Part shown: piece after piece, positions 13,101-32,990 of the stretch | Layout of the letters: every line of letters begins with the position of its first letter | Position numbering within the stretch: position 1 is the stretch's first letter | Assembly: GCA_051362555.1 (NCBI GenBank) | Contig: CM120642.1 | Span: 4,774,001-4,838,000 of the forward strand | DNA length: 64,000 nucleotides | Direction: 5' to 3' | Origin: Lingula anatina | Lineage: Eukaryota; Animalia; Brachiopoda | Notes under the pieces: generated by a model | Told to the model about the DNA's origin: nothing | What the model saw: only the letters and a program-made list of their open reading frames with translations | The model's database searches: none | Program-made: the position numbers and the translations under genes

Positions 13101-16100
13101 GGTTTATGATCATTTTTCTTCAGCTGTTGTCAATTTACATTGAATATCATTTGATTTATTGAAGTTGTTTATATGTGTATATTTATTTACTTATTATCTA
13201 TCATTATGTTTTCATTTGTAGTTCAGCACACAGCATGGACTCCCCTGAAACAGAAAGGGAGACCCCACCTCCTCTCCCGAGAAAGAAGCGCTCAAATTCA
13301 AATGTAATGGAGTATAACCCGTCACAAGGGGGATCTTCATCTACGCCTATCTCACACCGTTCTCCACAGAGCAGTATTTTTGGGGGCACAACAAGCACAA
13401 CTACTCTTGACTCTTTAAACCTGAGTCCTCCATTTTTGTCTCCGCTTAGTACTTCACCAGCGAGTAGCGTAGGATCTGGTTTGAATCAGTCACGAGAGGA
13501 TTTGTTAGACAGTAGTAAATCTGAAGAAAACCTAATGGAAGGATTTACACAGGCACATTTCATTCACCACACAGCATCTTGGTCAAGCTCTACTAGTACA
13601 ACTTCAGGAGGGGGAGGTATCGATGACATAAATGAATTAACGAAAAAAATTCAGTCTCTAACTACTGGGATAGAACAGCCCCCTCCTCTTCCAGAAAAGA
13701 GAAACAGTGCTTCAGCAACCAGGACGAGATATCCATCAGATTATGACAATGTAGATCCAGGGACTGTCTTGGTTCCAGTAGTGACATCTACAGTTACTAC
13801 AGTATCGTCTGCTACAGGGGTAGCTCAAATGAAGACATCCCAGAGCACTGCTTCTTACACTAGTTTCCAGCAAAAGGCAATGTACTCCAAATCTGCTCAA
13901 TTCACCACATCACAAGGGTCTTTCTCTAGTACAGAGACATCTTCCATAGGAACCCTTTCCAGCACAGAGAGTTCTCAAAGTTTACAAAAACCCCCACCGC
14001 TTCCGCCAAAGAAAAGGCATGGTGAGTGCTTAGTTTTCTTGTAGATAGTAAATTCCTGCGAATGGTGTGGTAACCAGTTGACTTCATTGAATATGTTCAA
14101 ATTATATTAATGCTCTTAACTGCATATTCTGGAATTTACTGCGAATGGTGTGGTAACCAGTTGACTTCATTGAATATGTTCAAATTATATTAATGCTCTT
14201 AACTGCATATTCTGTCTGAATCCATATTTTAAGGTATGTATTGATAATGCATACAAAAAGAAAAAAAAAAGATTGCCGAAAAGACATCAGTTGATATGAC
14301 TTGATCCACATTAGATGTCATTGATAAAAGTCGTCAGCATTTAAAATACCAAATTATAAGTATATTTTGTAAATAATAAGCAAAATCATTATAAGTCTTT
14401 ACTCAGTTTCCCAATGAACCTTTCAGTTGAGGCATACATGCAGATGTTTGGCAACTATTCCCACCCTACATCCCACCATGACTTCACACGGCACTCTGTA
14501 CACTCCGAGAACTACTACCAGAGTCAGTGGTATCAACACCAGATGGAGCTGTTTCACCCTCGCTCTCATACCATGAGCCTGATATCTGACCTGACGCGGC
14601 CAGAGTCTGATCTTTTCTCCATAGGCAGTGGAGCCTCGGTCGACGACCTGCTCAGTCTCCATGTGCCAGCCCTTCCACCCAAACTACGAACCTTGGTAAG
14701 AAAGGTTAGAGGAATACAAATTGAAAATTTCAGCAATTTCAACTTTTTTTTCGTATTTTTGTTGTTCTTATTGTCCATGTTTTTCTTTATTCTTATAAAC
14801 TTATTATAATTTTTTGTTAATTTCCTTATTTCTTTCTTTATTTTGTCAGGAGTAACCATGATCTCATTTGAATGATTTCCTCTGGTAAAAAAAATTAACT
14901 TAATTTTATCCCACCTAAAAATTTATCTCCTTTAATTTTTAGAGACAAAAGTCAGGTAGAAATAACACAACATTCACCACTGACTCGGGGACGTCTGACA
15001 CTTCTTCTTTCATGGACTCCGTCAGCACAACAGGGTCCTTTGATGACACTACGAGTTTGGGAACTGAAAGCCTTAGATCTGATAGTCTGAGGTCTGATAG
15101 TCTAAGATCTGATAGTATTCGTTCTGATAGTTTAGGCCCTCCAAGTACAGTTGTGTAAGTCAAAACATTTTCGAAAACTGCATTTGAATTAAATTGAAAA
15201 AAATGTAGAATATTCTGTAGAATTTAAAGGTTACTTAAAAGTTCATGTTTTTGTCTTGCTTAGTATAATAGATTGAGCCTGTTAATTTAAAATACATTAT
15301 CAGTGATAAAGAAAATATTGAAAGAGGGAGAAAATAGAAGTGATATAACAAAATGCAATAAAGAGAAATACACAAATGAGGTCAAATATAAATACCAATT
15401 TTACTCACATTTATTGATTTTTTTTATCATGAATACTAAATGTATGTATATACAATTCTTCCAGTGAGTCAGAGCCAGCTAAATTTTTACTCCCACCAAA
15501 AACCAAAGAGCCTGAGTCATTCACACCAGAGAAAGACACAGACTCAGACTTTGCAGAACTAAACCCCCTTGATGATGTGGATGTCTCTGACCAGCTGGTT
15601 AGGAAGAAAAAGGTGAAGTTCTGATACTGAAATACAAGAGTTTGCTAATAATGACAGTCTGTATCTTCAGTCACCCACGCCTGGGCTGCTTTCTTTGATA
15701 TTGAAATTACAATATATCACAGTTGAACCACCCCCACCCCCACCCCCTCTGTCCACCCCCCCCCCCACACCCCAACCACCTTCTGCTACATATAGTGAAT
15801 GATTATATTATTAAATATTTAAAAAGATTACGAAAGTGCATTTTTGTAATGATTGCAGAAATAGCAATACATGTATGTCTGTCAGCATTTTTTTCATTAT
15901 TAACATTATTAGATTTTTTTACTAGTTAAAAAAAAGAGAAAATAAAATAAAGTCATCAAATGTTGGGGGAAAAAAATTTTATGGATAAATGATAGCTTAC
16001 TAAATTTTGCTTAAATGAATTACAAAAATAGAAAAATAAACCAGAAGACACTTACAGCATGTTGTTATTCATCGCAGGGTGAATCTGGTCCTGAAATCCG

Positions 16101-19100
16101 CGGGGGATCAGTGGATGCTTTGGTTGTCCATGCTACGGCTGCAGGCAAACATGGTAGGTAACTGGACTTATACTGTGATTGACAACTACAATAGGGGTAA
16201 TATGGATATCTTTTCATCAGTTTATGGCTGTGGTGGGTAATACGGTATTTACTTAACATTTTCAAACACTTCACTTTTTCTTGAATTTTCAAGTCACAAA
16301 AATATACTTCTGACATTTTTGAAATCTTTTGAATCATTTTTGAATCAACTTTCTTTTCAAAACTTTTGAGTTAAAAAAAAATTACTAACATCATTTGGGG
16401 GGAAGGGGTATTTATTCATGTTGTTTGATAATGTTGAATAATTGCCAGTTTGAAGATAACTGAGAAAAGTGGATTTTGATTGATTTGATTAAAGCTGTCA
16501 GTGGAAAATTGTTATGTACACGGCACAGTAAAGTTGTGTGTAGAATAAACAGTTACTAACATTGTAGTGTTTCAGACCTTTTATGTAGTATAACAATGCT
16601 AATAGCTAATTTAAAACAACTGAAGCTGGTGTTACTGACAAAATTTCAGCAGTAGTTGTTTATTTAGATAGTTATTAATTTTGTCACAAACCTGTTTAAA
16701 TGAGACTGCCTGAATCTAGTTGTAAAATATAGTTTACTTTTACTGATAGCAATTCTAACTTTACTACTGCACATGTTCTCAGCAAAGATGGAAAAAAGAA
16801 AGTTTTCCATTTTTGTCTGCTTATTTTACTTCACAACACATAAGAAATGTACAGAGATTTCAACATTTTTTTTAGAATAAAAATGTGGAAATTGTACTTT
16901 GATGTGATATCAAATGGACAAAAAATGCACTAATTTGTTTTGAGATATTTTTATTACATATTTTATTTACACTGAATTCATCTATAATTCCTACTTTGAG
17001 AAGTCTGATAAGCTAAGTAGCAGCAAATGTTGCTTACAACTATATGCTTTTGGTAGTAATAGAAACAAATACTGAAACCTTTTTCTTAAGCTTTGATACA
17101 GTGATTATATTATGATTAGTCACTGTTCATAAGTGTAAATAAGGATAGTTGCATAAATACTTGGCTTCCCCAGCATGTTGTGTCTGTCACGTGTCACTTT
17201 GCCACTGTGTCACCATGTACTAACTCTGTGCCACTTGTGTATTGTCTTTTCCAGAGAGTGGGATAGAATGTGACGATGACCCAGGTATAAATTCTACGCA
17301 ATGGATGTCACACCCAATGCTATTGTCACACCCAAAACAATTGTCACATCTAACACAATATCCCTCCTTTGATTCATCTACTAATATCTCCTTATCATGT
17401 AGTGTTTCATGTTAGACAGTTTTGATGCTTCTTGAGTAAAATTTTTTGAAAGCTAGTTCCAGTTGTAAAAGTGCTACTGCCTCATTGTGCACAGGTAGCC
17501 ATTTGCTGCTCATAAGTGGTCATTCAATGTATGGTTGATATTTCAATGTTTAAAAGCATATTTTAGTGGTTAACTTATGTTTTTTTGTTGTGTAGAAGTG
17601 TTAGTTGAATGTATTAAGTTCAGTTTGCTGTGTTGGAAATGTTTGGGAGATGTATGGTGTAAAACAGAAAATTGAAATGCATATGATGGACTCTTGGCTG
17701 CATGCAGATTGTATTACAAGACTTGTGTTTTACAAGAAAAAAAAAACATTATATTTAAAGGATTTTAAGAATTAACTTAATTCCAAATAAATTACAATTA
17801 CAACATTACCAAAACTGTTTTTGATCCAAAAAAAATTTATTGATTTGACTCTGCAAGGAAAAGTTGCCTGCTTTGATGGTGGCTTGGTGTTTTTTCTCAT
17901 TGTAAAATCCATCTGACAGTGTGTTGAAACTTAAATAATGAAGACTGAGTATTTGTTGTTTATGTTATAAGGTGGTGCATGGTGGAATTGACTGTGTGTA
18001 GTGTTATGATAAAAGAATGAGCCATCAACATAACAATTAAAACCCCAGGGGCCTGATTCCCAAAAGAGTTATGTTTAAACCTAGTCTCAACGTCATATGA
18101 ATCATTCCACAGTATTTTTTCTCCGTTACCCCTCCTCCCCTCACTCACCTGCCTATAACTTTTGTTTGCTGTAATTCCCACCTTTTAAGTTCAGGGGAAT
18201 AGTATATTTCATTCCAATATTTATGAGATAAGAAGAGAAACTATTTATATTGGGTAAATGATGTAGACAGAAAAATAATGTGGAGTGATCCATATAGTAT
18301 GTATATAAAATGCACAATGTTCTTTATAGCATGCAGACAGGGTAATCGTGAAAATCATGACATGGACCATGACATCTAATTATCTTAAAATCCTCCCAAA
18401 CTTCCCCTCTATCATTCCATATAATATCTGCATTGATTTGTGGCTAGGTTGAGAAAATGAACTGTCTGAATGTTTGACATAATGGTGGTATTATTTTGAT
18501 TGAGTACATTGCAATCACCCTGAGTTCCGAAGCCTAACAGAGAACTTTTCTCTATTAGAAATATAATCAGAAGATCCTGAATACATTTTTGTTAATAACA
18601 TGGTCTCAGTTAGGCTCTGAACAACAGGGTGATTGTGGAAGTTCTGCTGTATGTGTTTTACTTATATTATTACCAAGCATGATGGATCATTGATCTTTCT
18701 GTTCATACAACCTTAAATAAAATGTTTCTGTAAGAAAAACTCTATTATGTCTAAAAAAAATAATGGCAATGATACTTCCCTATTAATTGACATAATTGTC
18801 CACAACTGTCAACCATTGATAATTTCCCTCAATGTTTATCCCATCAATTTGAACAATTTAAAATTAAATGTGTTTACTAATAAATCACACCTTTGATTCG
18901 ATCGTTTTTATTCACGTTACCTAAATTTTCTGTTCTAGGGGCATACAAAGAACTAATTACCATAAAATAATCATTTACCCTATTTTGATTTTTTTCTCAG
19001 AAAGATTCACATTTATCTGTATTTTGTCATTTCCAAGATAGCACACTCTCTAGCCTATTTCACAGATGAGAACAATACAGAAACTATCGATTCTAAAGAT

Positions 19101-22100
19101 GATTTGTTAAAAGTCAGAGACTTGGATTGAATTTGACATAGATTCAAACAAGACTTGCTGAATTTTGAAATTTGCTTAAACCTGCACGCCTCAGTGATAT
19201 TAAAAGAAATTGCTGCAAGCTGGTTTAAAGCATTTAATGTTTTGGCTTTTGATTTCTACTTTATTATCTTAGTAATAATGCCTATATTTGAATCCTGATT
19301 TAGAATTTTTCAAACAGAAAAGAAAAGGCATATTTTTGAAAAGAAATTATTGTAGAATAAGAATCTTTATTTTCATTTTGATAAAACATAACAGAAGCAA
19401 AATAAGTAGTAGGAAAAGCAAATAGTAGGCAAAGGCTTGTTTTCTGAAAACTGTCTTATCTATTGAAACAAGAGTCACAGACAACAAGTTGCTAATGTGG
19501 TTACAAATGGATGTCTGCTTCATTTTTCAGATTTTATGTATCAAGAAGCATTCCTTACCACCTACAGAACTTTTATCTCTCCTGATGATCTCATCAACAA
19601 GCTGCTCTATAGATACCAGAAGTTTGCCAATATGTCAGATACAGGAAAGAAACGTCTTTCAAGGAACGCGTTTTCACTTCTAGTCAGAGTAGTAGATGAG
19701 TTATGGTGAGTTTGTATTCAGTTATGAATGTGACGAAAATATACAACTTATGTTATCTAGCATTATAAAACATCGTGTCCTAAAAGTTCCCAACAGTAGA
19801 TATATGATATCTCTGCTTAATTCTAATGAAAAGGTCTGTTTTGTTTCTTTAAATTAGCTTCTTTTCTTCACCTTTGCAAGAGAAAGTTTTGATATCAATA
19901 TCCACAGAATAGGTGTCAGAGTTCTGTTCGGGGACATAATTTTAAAACTAATTTGACTTCCAGTGGTAGTGAGCTGAATGAACAGTGCATCCAGACACTG
20001 CTGGACCAGGTCTGTCAGCTCCTGTGTGACGGGGAACTCATGCTGGCACGTATTCTGAGGAAGAAGGCTCTTGAGAAGGTGGAGACCAGAAAACTGCATC
20101 AGATAACACATCACATGTCATCACTGACGTCGCATAGTCTAACTTCAAGGTAATATCTACATTATCGAGTAAAAAATTAACTTGGATTTTATCTGGTTTA
20201 ATATTGCCTTTGAGAAGTGTATTAAATGTTCAGGAATATAATTACAATAAACATTATTCAAACCTGAAACAAAATATTGAAATGTTTCAGTATATTCCTT
20301 GCTCACAGTAACACGCCAAAGAGCAATTATGATTTTCATCAAATTTGTCATAAGATTTCCTCCATCAAGATTGTGAGATTTTAAGTCACATATTATAGGC
20401 ATAGGGTGTAAACTTCCTGAAAACATTTTTGGTGTTTTGTATTGATAAAGTTACTACTTCCCTTAGGAGGAAAAGGCTCTTTTTTATTATAGATATATTT
20501 TACCCAGTGATTTATGTAATTTCTTCAGACCCATGCACCTGACCCTGTTCAAGTCACAAGACATAGCAGAGCAGATGACACTGATGGATGCAGAGCTCTT
20601 CCAGAGGATAGAGGTAGGGGTACTGGTACCTTTGGAGAGGCAGTGGCTAGGGGTGCAGATGGGAGAGGGGGGTGAAGACATAGCAGTGATTAAATACAGT
20701 AAAGGATTCTATTTTATTAAATGCGCAAGAAGAATTTTAACTTGACTGTGAAGTGTTATCCAGAAGAAGTCTAAGAACAGGCTATATGGTAGTGTTAACC
20801 AACCCAGATGACTTTGTGTTATAGAGTTCTATAGTGTTCTCTATCTGGGACTGAAATGTTTTTATTTGTGAAACATTTTTATAGGATGTAAAATGTGCTA
20901 TTATGATAACATCAACTTTTTATTCGGATCTGAAGTTCTTTATCTCTGTATGGTTTTATGTAAGGCACATGTGAAGTGCAACTTTAAAAAGAATTATTAT
21001 TATTCTGTTACCCCCCTCTCTTCAGATCCCAGAGATGTTAAGATGGTCCAGAGAGCAGTCTGAGGAAAGTTGTCCCAATCTTACGGAGTTCACAGAACAT
21101 TTCAACAAGATGTCATACTGGTGTAGGTCTCTGATACTGAAACAGGAGGACCCCAGAGAGAGGGAGAGATATTTTATCAAGTTCATCAAAATTATGAAGG
21201 TAAGGGAGAATTATATTTAAGAGTATTTTGAAAGAATTTCAGAAATGAGAAAAATGCATGTAATCAAAAGCCATATTCTCTCATTATTGTTGATAAATTA
21301 GGAAAATAAAGAAGTAAATCAAGATACAGATAAAAATAATCTAGAGAGGCTTGGAGGCCATTATTATTTGTAGGATATAAGTAGTCTAAGAATGTTAATT
21401 ATACAGTTTGAACATGAAGTGACTTTCCCAATCTTGGATGTAGACTAAGAGATAGAAATGGAATGTTTAAACATTAAAAATGGAGAAGATAGATGTGACT
21501 TCTGTCAATATTAAAAATGTTTGATATCTTTTCAGTATCTGAGAAAATATAACAACTTCAACTCTTACCTGGCCCTCCTCTCGGCTGTGGATTCTGCTCC
21601 AATCAGACGGCTGGAATGGCAGCGACAAAACATGGACGCCCTGAAGGAATTTTGTGAACTGATTGATAGCTCGTCCTCATTCAAAGCGTACAGGCAGGCC
21701 CTTGCAGAGACTGAGCCTCCCTGCATCCCTTACATGTGAGTGAATTGGCCTTTGATGCATAGAACTTCTAGATAATTAGAATATATTATTAACAGTAAAA
21801 TACAATTTTTCTTCTCCCTGAAATACCTGTAAGACCATTACTTTGGTTTTTAAATTCGTAACAATGAGTAAAATTACCAAAGGAATGGTATCATATATAT
21901 TATATCCTAACAACCTAAACAATTCATAAATGCATTTTCTCAACTGTTACTTTTCCAGAGGTCTTATTCTTCAAGATCTTACCTTTGTTCACATTGGCAA
22001 TCCAAACAACCTCCCAGAGGGCAGCATCAACTTTGCCAAAAGGTGGCAGCAGTTTAACATCCTTGACAATATGAAGAGGTTCAAAAAGTGGTATGTATTT

Positions 22101-22522
22101 AATGAGTACCTTGCTTTTGAACTTGAAGTTGTATCAAGACAACCCTCCCCCCCCCCCCCCCCCAGTCTGTCTATTCTTCATCAGTAAAGAATATCATCAG
22201 CTGTGTCAAGGTTATTTGCTTTTTTTCTTCAGTTAATAGTCAAAATATCAAAGTTATTGAAGAAAATATGAAAATAAAGAAGGGTTGTAATGTTTCTTCA
22301 ATAAACATTGAAAAATTAAAATATTGTCTTCAAATTAATCTAATCTAAGCTGTCAGACGATCATGTTTTATGATTTTTTTTTTCAGTAATTATGGATTCA
22401 AAAAGAATCCCAAGATCATTGGTTTCTTCAACAACTTTGATGACTACTTGAGCGAAGAGGCGCAGTGGCAGCTTTCAGAGTCCATTAAGCCGAGAGGAAC
22501 AAGGAAAAAACCAGACACATGA
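10196..22522 (+). CDS. RAPGEF1: Rap guanine nucleotide exchange factor 1 (C3G): N-terminal helical domain, Crk-SH3-binding proline motifs, REM and CDC25-homology domains; first exon uncertain
   Basis: Exons 10196-10371, 11604-11751, 12186-12286, 12551-12754, 13222-14021, 14427-14695, 14943-15154, 15465-15612, 16078-16153, (17255-17284), 19531-19705, 19964-20149, 20529-20613, 21026-21199, 21536-21735, 21959-22090, 22387-22522 (TGA). All are GT-AG and in phase. Motifs: VYQKLAQLVKWAD, PLTPREREIL, PPPKPPLP, PPPLPRKK, PPPLPEKR, PPPLPPKK, PALPPK, IRGGSVDALVVHAT, AFLTTYRTF, NNFNSYLALLSA, PPCIPYIGLILQDLTF, INFAKRWQQF. Confidence 0.96.
14056..14214. repeat. Near-perfect tandem duplication (period about 83 bp) in a RAPGEF1 intron
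   Basis: CTGCGAATGGTGTGGTAACC...GCATATTCTG occurs twice back to back. Confidence 0.9.
17255..17284 (+). CDS. RAPGEF1: Candidate 30-nt symmetric cassette microexon of RAPGEF1 (adds ESGIECDDDP within the REM domain)
   Basis: TACTAAC branch point at 17218-17224, pyrimidine tract, CCAG acceptor and CCAG|GTATAA donor. Phase 1-1 matches the flanking exons and there is no stop. Confidence 0.55.
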
Positions 22523-24603
22523 GCTATTAATCAAAATTACCATGTAGCAGTACAGTAGACACCTGTCACACAGACAGGTGATAGTCAGACAGTCAGTCAA
22601 AATTCATTCAGTCAAAATGCCAGAAATGGACACGAATCAAATTGATGGAAAAATGGATACCAAGTCAAAATGGAGAGGTAAATGGACACCCTGTGATATT
22701 GCCATAAAAGGCATCCAGTCAAATGATCTTAGTGAAAATGACAGAAAAAAAAACTGAAAGGCACATGTTGGAAAAAAAGAAAGTAAGAAGTCACATAGTC
22801 ACAGACACAGGAAAAAGGAGATCATGGCAGGCTTAAGTCTGATCTTGAAGAGCAAAGACTTCAGTCAAAGAAATAGGGACGTACCGGTATATAAAAATCT
22901 TTATTTAACTGACAGGAAAGACAAAGTGGTTGGTTGATAACCTGTCATGTAGACATAAAAAATAGACATCTTATCAGTATTGTGCAATAGTTTACTGCTT
23001 GAGAACACATTTAATGTTATCACAATCTGTACATCTTTAAATACTGCTGAAAGGAATCTTCCATTAATAGTCACAGTATGTAAACATGCTGAATTGAAGA
23101 CTGGTTGTGATTTGCCTTACTATCACTATACCTCGGTCAGCCATCGTAAATTCTGATTAATTTAATACCCGAATGCTTGTTAAAACTCAATAATATTTAG
23201 ATCAGAATGTGTGTGATGTTAATGCTAATGATAATAATGGAAGGTGGAACTTGGGGGAGGGGAGGGGGGGATCACAGTTTTATGTGTGTAAACCAAGGCA
23301 CATGATGTCAGAGGTTATCAAAAATGTTTACATGAAAGACGTCCAAGTTTCGTGCATTACAACTCTATAGAACTAACATGCAAAATCCTTCATAAGAATA
23401 TTGTAGTGGGTATCAAATGTAAATGTTTGTAAAATATTGCGTCTTGAACTGGTCCAGACATGAGCGTTGTAGATTATAACCAGGATAATGTGGGAAGCAA
23501 TTGAGGGGATGAGTTTTTATTTAATTATTTATTTATTTATTCATTTATTACCTTTTGGTCAAACTTTAAGAGTTGAGACTGGATATGCATACGACTGGAT
23601 TTAGATTTGTTCACTTTTATAGTAAAAAGGCCATTTGGAAGTGCTCTAGAACTCGCCTAAAGCAATGCCACCATTTATGAAGCACAATCTGTTCCCAAAT
23701 GTCAAATGAATTGTTGTTTGTTTGATACATAGAAATTTATGGTGTAGCGATATAAAGATAGCGTGTTAATATATTTATTGAAACAAATAATGGCAAACTG
23801 CATTAATTAGGGATTCATGCATTTTGCTAATTTTATACAAGATAAAAATGTAATATTATGGTCACCTCTTCAATATATGATAATATGCATGTGATAAGTC
23901 TGTTGTTTTAATTCTCATTCACAATTCTTGTTGTACATGTACATCTTTTAAGTCATGTGATGATCATGTGATGTGCAAAGGTCACATAATTTAAGGATGA
24001 ACAATACATGATTATAGTGTTTTAACTGTTACTGTTTTATCTTGTACACAATGGTGTTAAAATGCATAATTAGCTAAATATATATATATATATATATGAA
24101 CTACGTGGCAGGTAAAAACTTCAAACTAGTATTTCTTGTTAAAAAGACACTTTTTTCAAGATATACTTTACCAACAGCTACAAGCAACTAATTCATTCAT
24201 TTTATTTCTTATTAAATTGAATCCTCTCGTATATTTTAACGGATAATGCTTCAATGATTTACTGATAACCTGGAATTTATCAATTGAAGTGAAAGTGCAT
24301 GTTCCCAATTTTATACTTTTCAATCAATTTAAAACAATCTCTCCTATTACCTTATACAGAAAACTGCTTGTGATATACATATCTGTCAAGATGCATACAT
24401 TATAGGCATCTTCATTTATAAGTAACACACCGTAATTTCCTTATGCCTTTCAGTTTTAAAGAGAATGTTTGCTATGCCCAAGTTTTTTCACCACTGTGTA
24501 ATTGTGTATATTATGTTGATGCATCTTGCTGCAGTCAACTTGTGATTGTGTACATATTGTAAAGTTTTTGCATGATCCATGTATATGTGATGCTCATTAT
24601 GAA

Positions 24604-24609
24604 AATAAA
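24604..24609 (+). terminator. Likely RAPGEF1 polyadenylation signal
   Basis: AATAAA about 2.1 kb after the stop codon, followed by GT/T-rich sequence. Confidence 0.5.
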
Positions 24610-24636
24610 ATGGTATTGTTTAATTTATGATAACTG

Positions 24637-24642
24637 TTTATT
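24637..24642 (-). terminator. Likely PHYHD1 polyadenylation signal
   Basis: TTTATT on the + strand (AATAAA on -), about 0.9 kb past the PHYHD1 stop and facing the RAPGEF1 signal. Confidence 0.45.
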
Positions 24643-25562
24643 TGCTTTAATACATCCATGTGAACAATTTCTATCATAAAGTAAATTGTATTTCACAATG
24701 TTCATTTTCTTGTATAAAAATTAGCATACATTATTGTACATTTCCGCATACATTTTAGCCATTAAAAATTTCAATTCCTAACCTCCTAGCAAATACCTTC
24801 ACCAGACAGAGAAAAATATTCATAAAAACAAAAAAAAAAAGACAAGCTGTAAACTCCAAAAACAAGTAATTCAGCAAGATAAATAACTTTTTTTTTCAGT
24901 AATCCAAATGTGAATGAGTACAATTACATAAAATCAACAGCTGCCTTTTAGTAAATTTATACTACAACTGTTCCTCTTCATAAAGCTTACAATTTAAAAA
25001 ATATTAAAAAATACAAGACTTACATAAAAAGTGAAACTAATCAACCATAAGGAATAATTATAAATTAAGGCATGCACCTACTCTTTGCTCACTATGTTAT
25101 TGTCGATAAGTACAATTATTTATCCCTTTTTGTCAAATTAAAAGCAAATGCATAGAACTCGCCTCAATAGTTTAAACTAGCAGACAAAAGGGCACTTCCA
25201 CTACAAAATATACAGGTATTTAGGAGGGCATTTCGTTTTCATTTTCTATATTCATTCTTATAAATTTTCCATTTAAAAAAAAAACAGGTGCAACATTCAT
25301 ATTTTTTTATTCCTCTAATTTTAATACATATTAATATAAGCTAGTGTAACACGTAACCCTGATTATAAAGCATTCCCTATGCTTAATACTTTAATAATAA
25401 ATTATGTGCACCTGTGCGACAATTTGTGAATTATTCTTCCTGATTGTACAAATACTTCCTGCCTCTGAGATGATCAGTCTTGTCGCAATTTTGGTATATA
25501 ATAATTGGTATGTTTGATTGATTGTCATAATTATGACTTTTATTAGGAAAAATTTCAATTGT

Positions 25563-31239
<5,677 letters not shown>

Positions 31240-31529
31240 CTCCGTATGCTGTGACATATATCAGGGCCAATCTTTTCGTGACCTGATTAAGTTCTTCCAC
31301 CAAGAAAGGCCACAGCTAAACTGGGAAGTCTGAACTCTGACCGCTTTTATCTGATATAGAAACCACGTGGAAACTTTCATCTCTCCCGGTACATATAAAA
31401 TTCGGCGCAATAGTTTTATACCAGATAGACAATCATACAAACGCCAAAAAGGCAGAGACTTCGACGTTGGCTTGCCTTGTGGATTTTTTACGTTAGGAGG
31501 TAGCAGTAGAGAGACTAGCAGACAGCAGT
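31240..31529. promoter_or_regulatory. Bidirectional promoter between PHYHD1 and PPT2 copy 1
   Basis: Only 290 bp separate the divergent ATGs. CpG-enriched, with E-box CCACGTGG at 31363-31370 and TATA-like CATATAAAA at ~31392. These motifs are conserved in the duplicated copy at 37.7 kb. Confidence 0.75.
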
Positions 31530-32943
31530 ATGCCTGGGCGTTTTCTCTTTTGTTTTACTCTTTTCATGTTCCAGTATGGAGTGAGCGATAGCTATAGGGC
31601 CGTGATTTTGATGCACGGCATTCTTTCATCACAAACATCTTTAAATAATATAGAACAGTATATCAAACAGGTAAGCTTTTTTCTATAAATTGTTTTCATT
31701 GATATTATATTATCTTGATTTAACGCATAACGGTATTAGATTATTGATCAAAATTTTATCACGTATAACTAACATATTTGATCTGCAGTAATAAAATTTG
31801 GCAATGTAATTACTTTTGAAAAAGATAAGTATCCACATAATTAAGGAAGTATTGGTTAATCTTATCAAGGAATTTTAAATATCCTTTGTTTGTGTAATTA
31901 AGATCCGCCCATTATATTAGATTCTACTCTAATTGATTGATTATTTTTTCATGGCATCTGTGCCATTACAGTCGCTGTCTGACTCAGTTGTTGTTCACCC
32001 TATAACTGCAAAACCATATTTTTGTCTTATTTCAAATTTGCTGAGTGGCATTGTTTGGATTAGACAGCTAGGTTCCTTTAAGAACTAAGCAACATGTATT
32101 GAGCAGATTATTTTTTATGAAAGTACTTGTATTTGTTTACATTCCATGTATGTATATGAAGTCATCTTTTTAGTTTTGCTTCATATTTTCTAGAGCTTTC
32201 CCTGTACACATGCTTCAGATTCAGAAACTGAGTGATATAACAGGCTCAGTACAAAAAGAAAAACAGTGATATTTTGAAGGCAATAAACATTGCAGAATTC
32301 GGTCTTTTTTTAATTATTTTGATGGTTTACAGGTATTTGCCTATTTATATTAAAATTGCCCGATGGAATGACTTTTTTCTATTTAACGCCAGATTAATGT
32401 CTGTATACTTGCCAGCTTTGCTGCTGTGTTTTTATTTATTTTTTCTTATTAAAATATGTTATTCTCCAACTGTCTGCCCCCCCCCCCCCATCCCTCCTTC
32501 CACAATTGTGCAGTTATCTTAACAGCCTCAGACTTAGTCACTAGCAGTTCCATCATTTATATGTCCAACATATCAGGTTTCTCCATTATCATGTTTGCTG
32601 ATAGATGAAATGCAAGGGGATATAAAAGTTCTGGAGAGTCATGGCTGTTAGGTATTATAAACACTATATTTATATCTTATCTCTACTAATTATATGTCAC
32701 TTTTACCAGATATACTCCACAAGTAAAATGACTAACACTAGAAAGAATGACAATTGTTGCCTACAACATATTGTTTTATGATCTGGTTTTAGGTACAGCC
32801 ACTGGTGTGTCTGGACATGGGGCTGTAGTGTTATCTTCATGTCTCTGAATTTATTATAGTCTTCATTGTTGGTATTCCTTTGTAACTAATCATTCTTTGA
32901 AAAGAAAATCTTTTCATAAAGACATTTTTATGTTTTGAGGCTT

Positions 32944-32990
<47 letters not shown>

